From: an uncultured delta proteobacterium
Lineage (GTDB): Bacteria; Myxococcota; Myxococcia; Myxococcales; Myxococcaceae
Assembly: GCA_963796055.1 (NCBI GenBank)
Contig: CAWCKH010000004.1
Coordinates: 1,952,001 to 2,016,000 of the forward strand
Direction of reading: 5' to 3'
DNA: 64,000 bases
The notes beneath the pieces were generated by a model, which was not told the origin of the DNA, searched no databases, and saw nothing but the letters and a program-made list of their open reading frames with translations. Positions 49,296 to 59,199 of this stretch are shown here, piece by piece; the first letter of the stretch is position 1, and every line of letters begins with the position of its first letter. The translations under genes were made by a program, and so were the position numbers.

Positions 49296-52203
49296 CGGGC
49301 TGCCCTCGTGCCAGTGCGGCGTCGATCAGGAGCACCTGCTCCAGCTCGTGGGTTTTCTGGAATCCGGTGGCGGGGCTCGCGCTCGCCTCGCGGCCCGCGT
49401 ACCGCAGCGGAAGCTTGCGGCCCTTCGCAGACACGCGGCCGGCGAGCTTCGAGAGCACGAAGGCCCAGGCGCCCATGTTCTCCGGCTCCTCCTGGACCCA
49501 GACCAGCTCCTCCAGCTCCGGGTAGCGGGCGATCTCCCGGGCGAGCTGCGCGTCGGGGAACGGGTAGAGCTCCTCCAGCCGGGCGATGGCGACCGTGTCG
49601 TCCACCGCCTTCGCCCGGGCGGCGAGCAGGTCGTACGCAACCTTGCCCGTGCAGAGCAGCAGCCTGGTGACCCTCGCCTCGCCGCCGGCTGGCGGATCCG
49701 AGATCACCCGCTGGAACTTGCCCGAGGTGAACGCCGACAGCGGCGCGCTGGCCTCCTCGCGCCGCAGCAGGCTCTTGGGGGTCATCACCACCAGCGGCTT
49801 CCGCCAGGGCCGGATGGCCTGACGGCGGAGCAGGTGGAAGACCTGCGCGCTGCTGGTGGGGTAGCAGACCTGGATGTTGTCCTCGGCGGACATCGCCAGG
49901 AAACGCTCCAGCCGCGCGCTGGAGTGCTCGGGTCCCGCGCCCTCGTACCCGTGCGGCAGGAGCAAGGTGAGCCCGCTCAGCCGCCGCCACTTGTCCTCCG
50001 CGGCGACGATGAACTGGTCGATGATGACCTGCGCCCCGTTGGCGAAGTCACCGAACTGCGCCTCCCAGAGCACCAGCGCATCCGGGTAGTCCAGCGAGTA
50101 GCCGAACTCGAAGCCCATGCACCCAGTCTCGGAGAGCGGGCTGTTATAGACCTCGAACCGCGCCGCGCCCGGACCGAGGTCCAGGAGTGGAGTGTAGGTG
50201 ACGCCGGTCTTGGCGTCGTGCAGCACCGCGTTCCGGTGCCCGAAGGTGCCGCGCTCGGTGTCCTGCCCGGTGAGCCGGACGTGGGTCCCGGACTTCAAGA
50301 GCGTCGCGTAGGCCAGGTTCTCGCCCGCGGACCAGTCGAGGGGAATCTCGCCCCGCGCCATCGCCGCGCGTCGCTCGAGGATCTTCCCCATCTGGCGCAG
50401 CGGGGTGAACCCCTGGGGCACGTGCGCCAGGTGCCCGAGCAGCGGGGCCAGGGTCTTCTCCGGCACGCCGGTGTCGGGATCGGGGATGCCCTCCTCGGGT
50501 CCCCCGCGGTACCCCTTCCACAGCCCCTCGTGGGCGCTGGGCTCGCGCAGGGCCGGGGTTTCCTTGGCCTGGTTGTAGGCCTGGAGGAAGTGCCGCTTGG
50601 CCTCCTCGCGGATCGCCTCGGCCTCCTCGGCGCTCACCCGCCCATGAGCGGCGAGCGTCCTGGCGTAGAGCTCGGAGACGGGCGGGTGGTGCCGGATCGC
50701 CTCGTACATCAGCGGCTGGGTGTAGCTCGGCTCGTCGCCCTCGTTGTGCCCGTACCGGCGGAAGCAGACCAGGTCGATGACCACGTCGCTCTGGAACTTC
50801 TGCCGGTACTCGGTGGCCAGCCGCATCGCGTGGACGCAGGCCTCCGGGTCGTCCCCGTTCACGTGGAAGATGGGGATGTCCAGCATCTGCGCCACGGCGG
50901 TGCAATAGATGCTCGAGCGGCCGTCCTCGGGGTCGGTGGTGTAGCCGAGCTGGTTGTTGATGACCACGTGCACGGTCCCGCCGGTGTCGTAGCCGCGGAG
51001 CCGCGAGAGGTTGAGGGTCTCGGCGACGACTCCCTGGGCGGCCATCGCCGCGTCGCCGTGGATGACCAGCGGGAGCACCTTCCGGCGGTCCTGGTCCTCC
51101 AGCCGCTGCTGCTTGGCCCGCGCCCTGCCCTCGACCACCGGATGCACGAATTCCAGGTGGCTGGGGTTGAAGGCCAGGCTCAGGTGGATGCGCTTGCCGC
51201 CCGAGGTGGTGATGTCCGAGGAGAAGCCGAGGTGGTACTTCACGTCGCCCCGGCCCATGAACTTCCGTGGATCCACCGGGCCGTTGAACTCGCTGAAGAT
51301 CTGATCCGGGCTCTTCCCCAGCACGTTGGTGAGGACGTTCAGCCGGCCGCGGTGGGCCATGCCGATGACGACCTCCTCCACACCCAGCTCCCCGCCGAGC
51401 TCGAGCATGGTGTCCAGCATCGGGAGCAGGGACTCGCCGCCGTCCACGCTGAAGCGCTTGGCGCCCTGGTACTTGGTGTGGATGAAGGCCTCGAAGGTGT
51501 CGGCGTAGGTCAGCTTCTCGAGGATGCGCCGCTGCTCCGCGGGGCTGGGGTTGAGCTGGTTCTCGGTGTGCTCCATCCGCGGCATCAGCCAGCGGCGGCG
51601 GTCCGAGTCGTACAGGGTCATGTACTCGACGCCGAGGTGGCCGCAGTAGGTCCGGCGAAGCCTGGCCAGCAGCTCCCGGAGCTTCACCCGCTTGCGGTCG
51701 GGGAAGACGTCGGAGCTGTCCACGAGCTGCTCCAGCTCCTCCGGGCTGAACGCCGCGTCGCTGGCCATCGCGAGATCTGCGATGTGGTGCATCTGCGGCC
51801 GCGGACGTCCCAGCGGGTCGAGCTGGGCGAGCAGGTGCCCGCGGAGCCGGAACGCGTACAGCGTCTGGTCCACCCGCGCCTGCAGCTGCATCGCGGCGAG
51901 CGCTGCCGGCAGGTCACCGACCGCGGCCAGCGGGCTGCGCGCGGGCGCGCTGGCCACCGCCGCGCCGTTGCCGTTCACCGCCCTCGCCGAGACTGCCGCG
52001 CCGCTGCCGGCCCGGTGCCCGTTGGTTGGCTGGGCCCGCCCGTCGCCCGAACCGAGCAGAGGCCGGCCGTCGACGCGGGTCCCGGCGAAGAGCTCCCGCC
52101 AGCTGGGGTCGACCGAGGCGGGGTCCTCGAGCCAGCGGGCGTACAGGCCCTCGATGAAGTCGATGTTGGAGCCGGAAAGAAACGTGTCCGTGGGGTTCGG
52201 CAT
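49285..52203 (-). CDS. sucA: 2-oxoglutarate dehydrogenase E1
   Basis: KRFSVDGGE, GMAHRGRLNVL, GDVKYHLG, HGDAA, RRYGHNEGDEP, WEAQFGDFANGAQ, GPEHSSARLERFL. Confidence 0.97.
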   Translation of the reverse strand: MPNPTDTFLSGSNIDFIEGLYARWLEDPASVDPSWRELFAGTRVDGRPLLGSGDGRAQPTNGHRAGSGAAVSARAVNGNGAAVASAPARSPLAAVGDLPAALAAMQLQARVDQTLYAFRLRGHLLAQLDPLGRPRPQMHHIADLAMASDAAFSPEELEQLVDSSDVFPDRKRVKLRELLARLRRTYCGHLGVEYMTLYDSDRRRWLMPRMEHTENQLNPSPAEQRRILEKLTYADTFEAFIHTKYQGAKRFSVDGGESLLPMLDTMLELGGELGVEEVVIGMAHRGRLNVLTNVLGKSPDQIFSEFNGPVDPRKFMGRGDVKYHLGFSSDITTSGGKRIHLSLAFNPSHLEFVHPVVEGRARAKQQRLEDQDRRKVLPLVIHGDAAMAAQGVVAETLNLSRLRGYDTGGTVHVVINNQLGYTTDPEDGRSSIYCTAVAQMLDIPIFHVNGDDPEACVHAMRLATEYRQKFQSDVVIDLVCFRRYGHNEGDEPSYTQPLMYEAIRHHPPVSELYARTLAAHGRVSAEEAEAIREEAKRHFLQAYNQAKETPALREPSAHEGLWKGYRGGPEEGIPDPDTGVPEKTLAPLLGHLAHVPQGFTPLRQMGKILERRAAMARGEIPLDWSAGENLAYATLLKSGTHVRLTGQDTERGTFGHRNAVLHDAKTGVTYTPLLDLGPGAARFEVYNSPLSETGCMGFEFGYSLDYPDALVLWEAQFGDFANGAQVIIDQFIVAAEDKWRRLSGLTLLLPHGYEGAGPEHSSARLERFLAMSAEDNIQVCYPTSSAQVFHLLRRQAIRPWRKPLVVMTPKSLLRREEASAPLSAFTSGKFQRVISDPPAGGEARVTRLLLCTGKVAYDLLAARAKAVDDTVAIARLEELYPFPDAQLAREIARYPELEELVWVQEEPENMGAWAFVLSKLAGRVSAKGRKLPLRYAGREASASPATGFQKTHELEQVLLIDAALARGQPDAR

Positions 52204-52273
52204 GGGGGGATTCGCCGGGGAGTTTTAACCTCGAACCCCCGGGAACGCGGAACTTTGTCCCCCCGGGGGACGC

Positions 52274-54229
52274 TCAGGAACCAGGGCCGGGCGGTGTGGG
52301 TCGGTAGTGCACGGTTGCGGCCGGGGGGCCCCCGTCGGCGGGGACCAAGCGGCTGACCAGCCGGCGGCGGTCGACCAGGCACACCGAGCCACGACCGTCC
52401 CGGCAGTAGAACAAGGTCACCGAGTACAGGGCGTCGGACGCCGTCCCCACAGGGGAAATGGAGGTCGTGGCCTTCAGGAGAGGCCCCGAGGCCTCGAGCT
52501 GCAGCGGCGCCGCCCGACCGGCGACCGAGAGCTCGATGCGCTGCGGTGCTCCGGCGGTGAAGGTGTGCCCCTCCGGCAGGCGCACCTCCAGGGTCAGCCT
52601 GCTGCCCGTCGATGCCACCGTCGCATCCTCGAGGTGCTGGACCGGCAAGGCCCGGGTGGCGAGCACCGGGTGCTCCACCAGCCCCCGGACGGACGGAGGC
52701 GTCACCCCCGAAAGCACCAGCGGAGAGACCGCGCCGGTCGCCGCATCCACCGTCACCAGCCGATGATGGTCGGTGTCGGCCACCACCAGCCGCCCTGCCG
52801 AGAGGGTGAGTCCGCCCGGCTGGGCCAGCCCGCGCACCACGGTGGACACCCGAGCGTCGGGGAGCGAGACCCGGCGCACCGCCCCGTTGAAGGTGTCCGA
52901 CACCCAGAGCACGGATCCGGCGAGCGCGAGCCCCAGCGGATGCTGGAAGCGCGCCTCGCCCAGCGCCCCGTCGCGGAGGCCGAAGTCGAACAGCCCTTCG
53001 CCGGCGAGCGTCTTCACCGTACCCGCGCGTGGATCGACGCGGCGAAGCGCGCTCGCCTCGCTGTCGGCGACGTAGAGGACCTGCCCGTCGGTGGCGAGCC
53101 CCGACGGCTGGGCGAAGGTGGCGTCGGCGAGCGGCCCGTCGGCGAGCCCCTCCCGTCCGTTGCCCGCCCCCGGCGCGAGCGCACCGGTCCTCGGGTCGAG
53201 CTGCCAGAGCTGGTGCGCGCCGGCCATGGCGATCCACAGGGTGTCGCCGAGGAACACCACGTCCCACGGGCTGCGGAGCGCAGCGGTCCGCGCGTCGGCC
53301 GCGGGCTGCATGGCGCCGCCAGCCTTCCGGCCCGTTCCGGCGATGGTCTGGACCCTGCCGGTGGCGAGCTCCACCCGGCGGATGGCGTGGTTGCCGGTAT
53401 CGGCGACGTAGATCGCGCCGTCGCGCTCGGCGAGCCCCTGCGGGGAATTGAAGGAGGCGGTGTCCGGCGCGCCATCCGAGAAGCCCTCGAGCCCCGAGCC
53501 CACCGTGCGCGAGAGCCGTCCTGCCGCGTCGACCACCAGCACTCGGTGGTGCCCCGAGTCGGCGACGGCCAGCCCGCCCCCGACGAGGGCGAGCACCTTG
53601 CCCGGGAAGGCGAGCGGCCCGGTGTCGCGCACCGCAGGGCGCTGGAACTCGGCCGGCCCCGGGGCCAGCACCCCGCGCTCTCTCCCATCGTCCAGCGCCG
53701 CCTGGATCCACGCGATGAGCGTGCCGAGCTCCGGCTCGCCGCGAAACCAGGCGACGGCGTAGCCGCGCGCATCCACCAGCACCGAGGTGGGCCAGCCGTG
53801 GATGGCGTACTGGTCCCAGACCACCAGGTCCGAGTCGGTGGCGACGGGGTGCTGAATTCCGTGCCGGGCCATGGCCTCGGCCACGGCCGACACCTCCTTT
53901 TCGGCGTCGAACTTCCCCGAGTGGATGCCCACCACCTGGAAGGGCTGGCCGGCGAACCGCTCCTCGACGGCGCGGAGCACTGGGAGCGCCTGGAGGCAGT
54001 TCACGCAGCCCGAGGTCCAGAAGTCGAGCAGCACCACCCGGCCCCTGAGCGCGCCGCGGAGCAGCAGCGGCCGGTCGGTCCCGAGCCAGGTCCCCACCCG
54101 GTCCAGGTCCGGGGCCCGGGGGTGACCTCTGTCGAGGAGCGCACGGATGGACATCGTCGGCTCCTGGGCAGCCGGCGCCGGGGTGGGCGCGGCGGCGAGA
54201 AGGGCGAGCACGGGAAGCACAGGGGACAC
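52274..54229 (-). CDS. Thioredoxin-like + NHL-repeat protein (secreted)
   Basis: LLDFWTSGCVNC, GIHSGKF..EK, WPT.VLVD; NHL repeats (FPGKV, FNSPQGL, SPWDV, FAQPSGL, FQHPLGL). Confidence 0.88.
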   Translation of the reverse strand: MSPVLPVLALLAAAPTPAPAAQEPTMSIRALLDRGHPRAPDLDRVGTWLGTDRPLLLRGALRGRVVLLDFWTSGCVNCLQALPVLRAVEERFAGQPFQVVGIHSGKFDAEKEVSAVAEAMARHGIQHPVATDSDLVVWDQYAIHGWPTSVLVDARGYAVAWFRGEPELGTLIAWIQAALDDGRERGVLAPGPAEFQRPAVRDTGPLAFPGKVLALVGGGLAVADSGHHRVLVVDAAGRLSRTVGSGLEGFSDGAPDTASFNSPQGLAERDGAIYVADTGNHAIRRVELATGRVQTIAGTGRKAGGAMQPAADARTAALRSPWDVVFLGDTLWIAMAGAHQLWQLDPRTGALAPGAGNGREGLADGPLADATFAQPSGLATDGQVLYVADSEASALRRVDPRAGTVKTLAGEGLFDFGLRDGALGEARFQHPLGLALAGSVLWVSDTFNGAVRRVSLPDARVSTVVRGLAQPGGLTLSAGRLVVADTDHHRLVTVDAATGAVSPLVLSGVTPPSVRGLVEHPVLATRALPVQHLEDATVASTGSRLTLEVRLPEGHTFTAGAPQRIELSVAGRAAPLQLEASGPLLKATTSISPVGTASDALYSVTLFYCRDGRGSVCLVDRRRLVSRLVPADGGPPAATVHYRPTPPGPGS

Positions 54230-54333
54230 GGGGGGGCAGCCTTCCGGGAAGGACCTACCCGGGGACTACGCGGCGCGCCACCGGTCGGTTTCGGGCCCAG
54301 GCGCCCCGGCGAGCCGTGGTAGACCCCGCCGCC

Positions 54334-55170
54334 ATGTTGCTTCAAGGCAAGCGCCTGCTCATCACCGGCGTCCTGACTCCCCAGTCACTGGCGTACGGGA
54401 TTGCCGAGCTGGCCCAGTCGGAGGGAGCCGAGATCGTCCTGACCTCGTTCGGCCGCGGCATGTCCTTGACCGAGCGCTCGGCGCGGCGGCTCGACCCGGT
54501 CCCCGACGTCCTGGAGCTCGACGTCAGCAACCCCGAGCACTTCACCCGGCTCACCGAGACGCTCAAGGCTTCGGGGAAACCGCTCCATGGCGTGCTGCAC
54601 GCGGTGGCCTACGCACCCGAGGACGCGCTGGGAGGGAACTTCCTCAACACTCCGTGGGAGAGCGTGGCCACCGCGTTCCGCGTCTCCACCTTCTCGCTCA
54701 AGGAGCTGGCGGTGGCGGTGGCCCCGGTGATGACCGAGGGCGGGAGCATCGTCGCCCTCGACTTCGACAACTCGACCCAGGCCTGGCCGGTCTACGACTG
54801 GATGGGAGTGTGCAAGGCCGGGATGATCTCGGTGATTCGCTACCTCGCGCGCGACCTCGGGCCGAGGAACATCCGGGTGAACGCGGTGGCCTCCGGGCCG
54901 CTGATCACCATCGCCGCGAAGGGGATTCCCGGGTTCAAGCAGCTCTCCGACACCTGGACCCTGTCCGCGCCGCTCGGCTGGAACGCGCGCGACCGCCATC
55001 CGATGGTCGCGAAGACGGTCGTGGCGCTCCTGTCGGACTGGTTCCCCGGGACCACCGCCGAGGTGGTGCACGTGGACGGTGGGCGGCATGCCATCGGCTC
55101 GCCGCCGGTGGACGTCATGGAGCGGATGACAGCCGCAGCAGCGGACGACGAGCCCGGCCCGAAGGAGTGA
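54334..55170 (+). CDS. fabI: Enoyl-ACP reductase (InhA-like FabI)
   Basis: LQGKRLLITGV...S.AYG, DFD..AWPVYDWMGVCK, RYLARDLG..IRVN.VASGPL.T.AAKGIPG. Confidence 0.9.
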   Translation: MLLQGKRLLITGVLTPQSLAYGIAELAQSEGAEIVLTSFGRGMSLTERSARRLDPVPDVLELDVSNPEHFTRLTETLKASGKPLHGVLHAVAYAPEDALGGNFLNTPWESVATAFRVSTFSLKELAVAVAPVMTEGGSIVALDFDNSTQAWPVYDWMGVCKAGMISVIRYLARDLGPRNIRVNAVASGPLITIAAKGIPGFKQLSDTWTLSAPLGWNARDRHPMVAKTVVALLSDWFPGTTAEVVHVDGGRHAIGSPPVDVMERMTAAAADDEPGPKE

Positions 55171-55342
55171 GGCGGGCCGTTCTCTCGTTGCACGGAGAGG
55201 CGGGGAGCCCGAGCGCCTTCCGGACCTCCGGGGGCCCACCGGCGTGACTGGAGCGGCCCCCGCCCGCCCGCGCCGGGGAGCCTCAGCCCCCCGAACCAGG
55301 GGGACGCTGTGGAAGCGCGCAGGAGCGCGCCGTCGATCGGGC

Positions 55343-57607
55343 TCAGAACCGCTTCAGGGCGACGATGTCGTTGTTGAACGGATCGACGTAGTAGACGTTG
55401 CCCTGATCCACCCCGCCGATGAGCGACGAGTTCTGCGCCAGACGAGGGTAGCGATACAGCCACCGCGGCGTCAGACCGGGGCCGAAGTGCAGGACCACGT
55501 CCCCCAGCGTGGCGCTGTTGAGCAGCACGCTGAGGCTCCCGTCGGTCGCGGACTTGACGTTCTTCGCCAGCCGGGACGTCGCCGACCCGTACACGTAGAG
55601 ACCGGGGACGCGCGCCGTGGCCACCGGCCCCGCTCCGTCCGGCTGCCATGCCTCGAAGGTGGTGTACGGCGGGTCGTTGCGCATGGTGACCACCGCGCCG
55701 AGGGCCGGAACGGTGCCGAACGTGCCTCCCTGGACCACGCCGAGCACCAGTGGCTGGCTGGCCAAGGTGACGCCCACTTTTGCGAGATAGCTGCCGGTGA
55801 TGGTTCCGCCGGCACCGACGTGGAGGACGACCCACCGCGGAACGGCCGCAGCCGCGCCGCAGTCGAGGTCCACGCCCACGGCGAAGCTTCCATCCACCAC
55901 CGGGAGGAGCCGGTTGACGGCGAGCACGGTGCAACCGGCGAATGCCGAGTCGGCGCGCTGCTGGGGCACGAACGTGCTCTGGGGGAAAGCGAAGACGCTC
56001 CAGGTCGGCCCACAGAACGTGGCGGTGTCATTCGGGGCGAGGTAGGTCCGCACCGGGCCGAACGCGCCGGTCGTGCCACCCGACGTCGGCGCGGCGAGGT
56101 CCAGTGCCGGGTTGGCCGTGTTGTCCCCGTTGCCGAGGACCAGCTGGCCCGTCGAGGCCTGGAGGCAGGCGACCGTGTGCGTCGCCGGGGCGCCGTAACA
56201 CCCGGTGGGCGTGCCGTTGAGGATGTCGGGGATGCAGACCAGGTCGTCCATCCGCGTGAGCACGGGACCGGTCACGCTGCCGTCGGTCTGGAGTGAGTCG
56301 AGCGCGAACGGCACCGAGTAGCCGGTGGCCGGCCTGGGTCCGTTGATCGGCTCGCCGAGCGCGATGACGTCGCTGCCGGCCCGCTGGGTGCTGTCGGGCC
56401 GGGTGAAGAGCACGTTCCCACGTGCGTCGAAGTCCGCGGCGACGAAGCCCGCGTCGATCGGAAAGGGAATGCTGCCGCCGTCGACGACGGCAAGCGCGGC
56501 CACCCCGGCGTCGTTGAGGATGGGCCCGGCGTCGTTCAGTCCCGCGTCCGGTCCCCCATCGGACCCACCGTCGGGCGTTCCACCCTCCCCGCCATTGCCA
56601 GCGTCGGTCCCGGTGCCCCCCGCGTCGGCGGGGTCGGGCAGGGGCTGGGAGGAGACGATGATGCTGTTCGGATCGAACGGGACGTACGTGCCGTCACCAG
56701 CCCGGAAGAAGCCGGGGAGCCAGTCGGAGGTCGCATTGACCGTGGCGTTCTTCGCCAGCGCCACCTGGATCCCCCGGGCGGTGGCCACCGGCTCGGCGGC
56801 GTCGATGGCGATGCGGCCGGGGACGATGCGGTCCCAGAGCACCCGGCTGAGGAGCACACCCTGCTCGATGTGGCTGGCGTTTCCGTTGGTGGCCCGGGCG
56901 TCGACGGTGAGGCTCACCGACCGCTCCACGTCCACCAGCACCTCGAACGGGACGTCGTACGGGTCGCCGCCGTAGTTGTCGATGCCCAGGCCAGGGGCCT
57001 GGACGAAGGTGACGTCGTAGAACGGCGCGCCTCCGTCGGGGTTGGCGCGCTGGACGATTCCGTTTGCCTCCAGTCCGGCGAGCCTCACCGTCGGCGGGAG
57101 CAGCAGCGGCCGGTCACTGCCCACGGTGAGGTGGAGCGGCGCGAGCGGCGCCACCCGCTCGGGCAGCACCGCGGAGAGCGAGGCGGTGGTGGTGTCGAGC
57201 AGGACGTTGAGCGACTTGGTGCTGACGTGGCCGAGCTGATCCACGCCGATGAACGTGAGCTGCAGCTGGCCCACGCCCGAGTCCGCCACCCCGCTGGTCA
57301 CCAGGGTGCAGCGGGTGAAGTCGACCACTCCGGTGTACGGCGGCACGTTCCAGGTGAAGACGCCGGTGCTCGGCGCCCCGCCGCAGGTCACCGTCACCGA
57401 GCTGACTCCGCTCACCGACACCGCGTCCACGCTGACCGGCGTGTTCAGCGAGATGGTCTGCCCCTCGAGCGGGGAGTGAATGGTGAGCGTGGGCCCCACG
57501 CCTCCGTCGGCGGGAACCTCGGGAAGCTCGAGGTCGAGGCAAGCCGAGAGCAGCAGGCACGACGCGGCGAGGAGCACTTCCCGGCACCGCACCGAAGTCA
57601 CGGACAA
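55343..57607 (-). CDS. Large hypothetical lipoprotein (Ig-like N-terminus, DAG/DGG linker, Cys-containing C-terminal domain)
   Basis: Lipobox LLLSAC; PTLTIHSP.EG; DAG/DGG repeats; 754-aa GC3-biased frame. Confidence 0.75.
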   Translation of the reverse strand: MSVTSVRCREVLLAASCLLLSACLDLELPEVPADGGVGPTLTIHSPLEGQTISLNTPVSVDAVSVSGVSSVTVTCGGAPSTGVFTWNVPPYTGVVDFTRCTLVTSGVADSGVGQLQLTFIGVDQLGHVSTKSLNVLLDTTTASLSAVLPERVAPLAPLHLTVGSDRPLLLPPTVRLAGLEANGIVQRANPDGGAPFYDVTFVQAPGLGIDNYGGDPYDVPFEVLVDVERSVSLTVDARATNGNASHIEQGVLLSRVLWDRIVPGRIAIDAAEPVATARGIQVALAKNATVNATSDWLPGFFRAGDGTYVPFDPNSIIVSSQPLPDPADAGGTGTDAGNGGEGGTPDGGSDGGPDAGLNDAGPILNDAGVAALAVVDGGSIPFPIDAGFVAADFDARGNVLFTRPDSTQRAGSDVIALGEPINGPRPATGYSVPFALDSLQTDGSVTGPVLTRMDDLVCIPDILNGTPTGCYGAPATHTVACLQASTGQLVLGNGDNTANPALDLAAPTSGGTTGAFGPVRTYLAPNDTATFCGPTWSVFAFPQSTFVPQQRADSAFAGCTVLAVNRLLPVVDGSFAVGVDLDCGAAAAVPRWVVLHVGAGGTITGSYLAKVGVTLASQPLVLGVVQGGTFGTVPALGAVVTMRNDPPYTTFEAWQPDGAGPVATARVPGLYVYGSATSRLAKNVKSATDGSLSVLLNSATLGDVVLHFGPGLTPRWLYRYPRLAQNSSLIGGVDQGNVYYVDPFNNDIVALKRF

Positions 57608-58011
57608 AGAGGCGAGCCTCCCGAGGCAGGGCAGACGCTCGCAAAGGGTACCAGACCCCCGCCGGACTCAGAGAAAGCAGCGGTGGCGCCGAGGTGGTCG
57701 GACCAACCCCAGATGCGCCTGTCAGGAAACGTTCCTCCTCCGCCGCGGACGCTCGAGGTCACCCGCGTCTGGTCGAGGTGATCCACACGTCGCCGCTTGG
57801 CGCCGCGGTGGGCAGCGGCGGCTCCGCGCGTGGAGCGGCTCTCGCGTCCCATCGCCAACGCTGCGACGCGGGTGAGGAAAGGTGTCCCGTCCGCTGGAAC
57901 GCGCGAACCAGCGATGCCGGCGAGGACGTGGCGTCATCCGGGAGGTGCTGTAGAGTCAATCCGTTCGCTTCGGGGCGAAGTGCCCTCGGCGGCCGTGCTC
58001 CCACGAGGGGA

Positions 58012-59177
58012 ATGACCGTGATGTCACTTCGGGTGGCGCTCCTGGGCGTGCTCGTTTCCTCCGCGGCGATGGCGGCGGACACCCGTCTCTCCTGGTCCTC
58101 GATCTCGACCCGAGGGGCGTCGGCCTCCCCGAGTCGCAGGCCGCGACCGGGAGCGTGGTGCGCGGGCTCCGCCAGCTCGAGGTCTTCCAGGTGCTCAGCT
58201 CGGACGACGTGCGGCAACTGCTCGCGCTGGAGCGGACCCGCCAGCTCTCGGGCGCGAAGGCCGAGGGCAGCGTCGGTCAGCTCGGCGCGGCGCTGAACGC
58301 GCCCAACGCGGTGGTGGGCAGCGTCACCCGGGTTGGCGGAAAGCTGCAGGTGGAGATTCGCCTGATCGACGCGCCGACGCAGAAGGTCCTGAGCCAGAAG
58401 AGCCTCAATCAGGTCACCGTCGAGCAGGTGGCGGCCCAGCTCCCCGGGCTGGCGCAGGAGCTGATGGCGCCGCTGCTCCGCGAGCAGCAGGGCTTCCTGG
58501 TGGTGAAGTCGCGCGAGGAAGCGGCGGAGGTCCTGGTCGACGACACGCTGGTGGGGAGCATCCCGCTGAAGGGCTCGATCGACCTGTCCCGCGGCGTGCA
58601 CCGCCTCACCGTGCGCAAGGACGGCTTCATCGCCCAGACCCGCTCGGTGCGGATCGAGCCGAAGCAGACCACGGTCGAGGAGGTCGAGCTCCAGCCCTCG
58701 GCGGACTACGCGAAGGTCTACAAGGACAAGTACGGCAAGATGCGGGTGGGCGCGTGGATCGCCACGGGCGTGGCGATCGCCGGCATCACCACTGCGGTGA
58801 TCATGAACTCCTCGGCCTCCAGCCAGTACGACGAGGAGTTCAAGCCACGGCAGGCCTGGCTCCAGGGCGCGGCCGGCACCGGTCCCCAGACCAAGCCGCC
58901 GGAGATCGCCAACAACCCCACTGCCAGCGCCGCGTGGGACAGCTGCACGACCTCGGGGGCCGCCGCCTGCAAGCAGGCCGCAGAGGACGCCAAGAGCAGC
59001 GTGCAGGTGAAGCAGTACGTGGCCATCGGGGCCGGGGTGATCGGCGTCGCCTCGGCGGGCATCGCCACCTGGCTGTGGCTCAGCGGGAAGGACCCCAACC
59101 GCTACGCCGACGTGGTGGCCGGCGTCAGCCCGAACGGCCAGGGCGGCATGACCCTGGCGCTCGCCGGCCGATTCTGA
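58012..59177 (+). CDS. PEGA-domain outer-membrane/secreted protein, frameshifted near 58088
   Basis: Signal peptide in one frame; ORF 58155.. carries GSVTRVGG, PEGA (AEVLVDD...GVHRLTVRKDGF) and terminal LALAGRF. Confidence 0.75.
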
Positions 59178-59199
59178 CCCTCGGCGGAGGTGTCAAACA

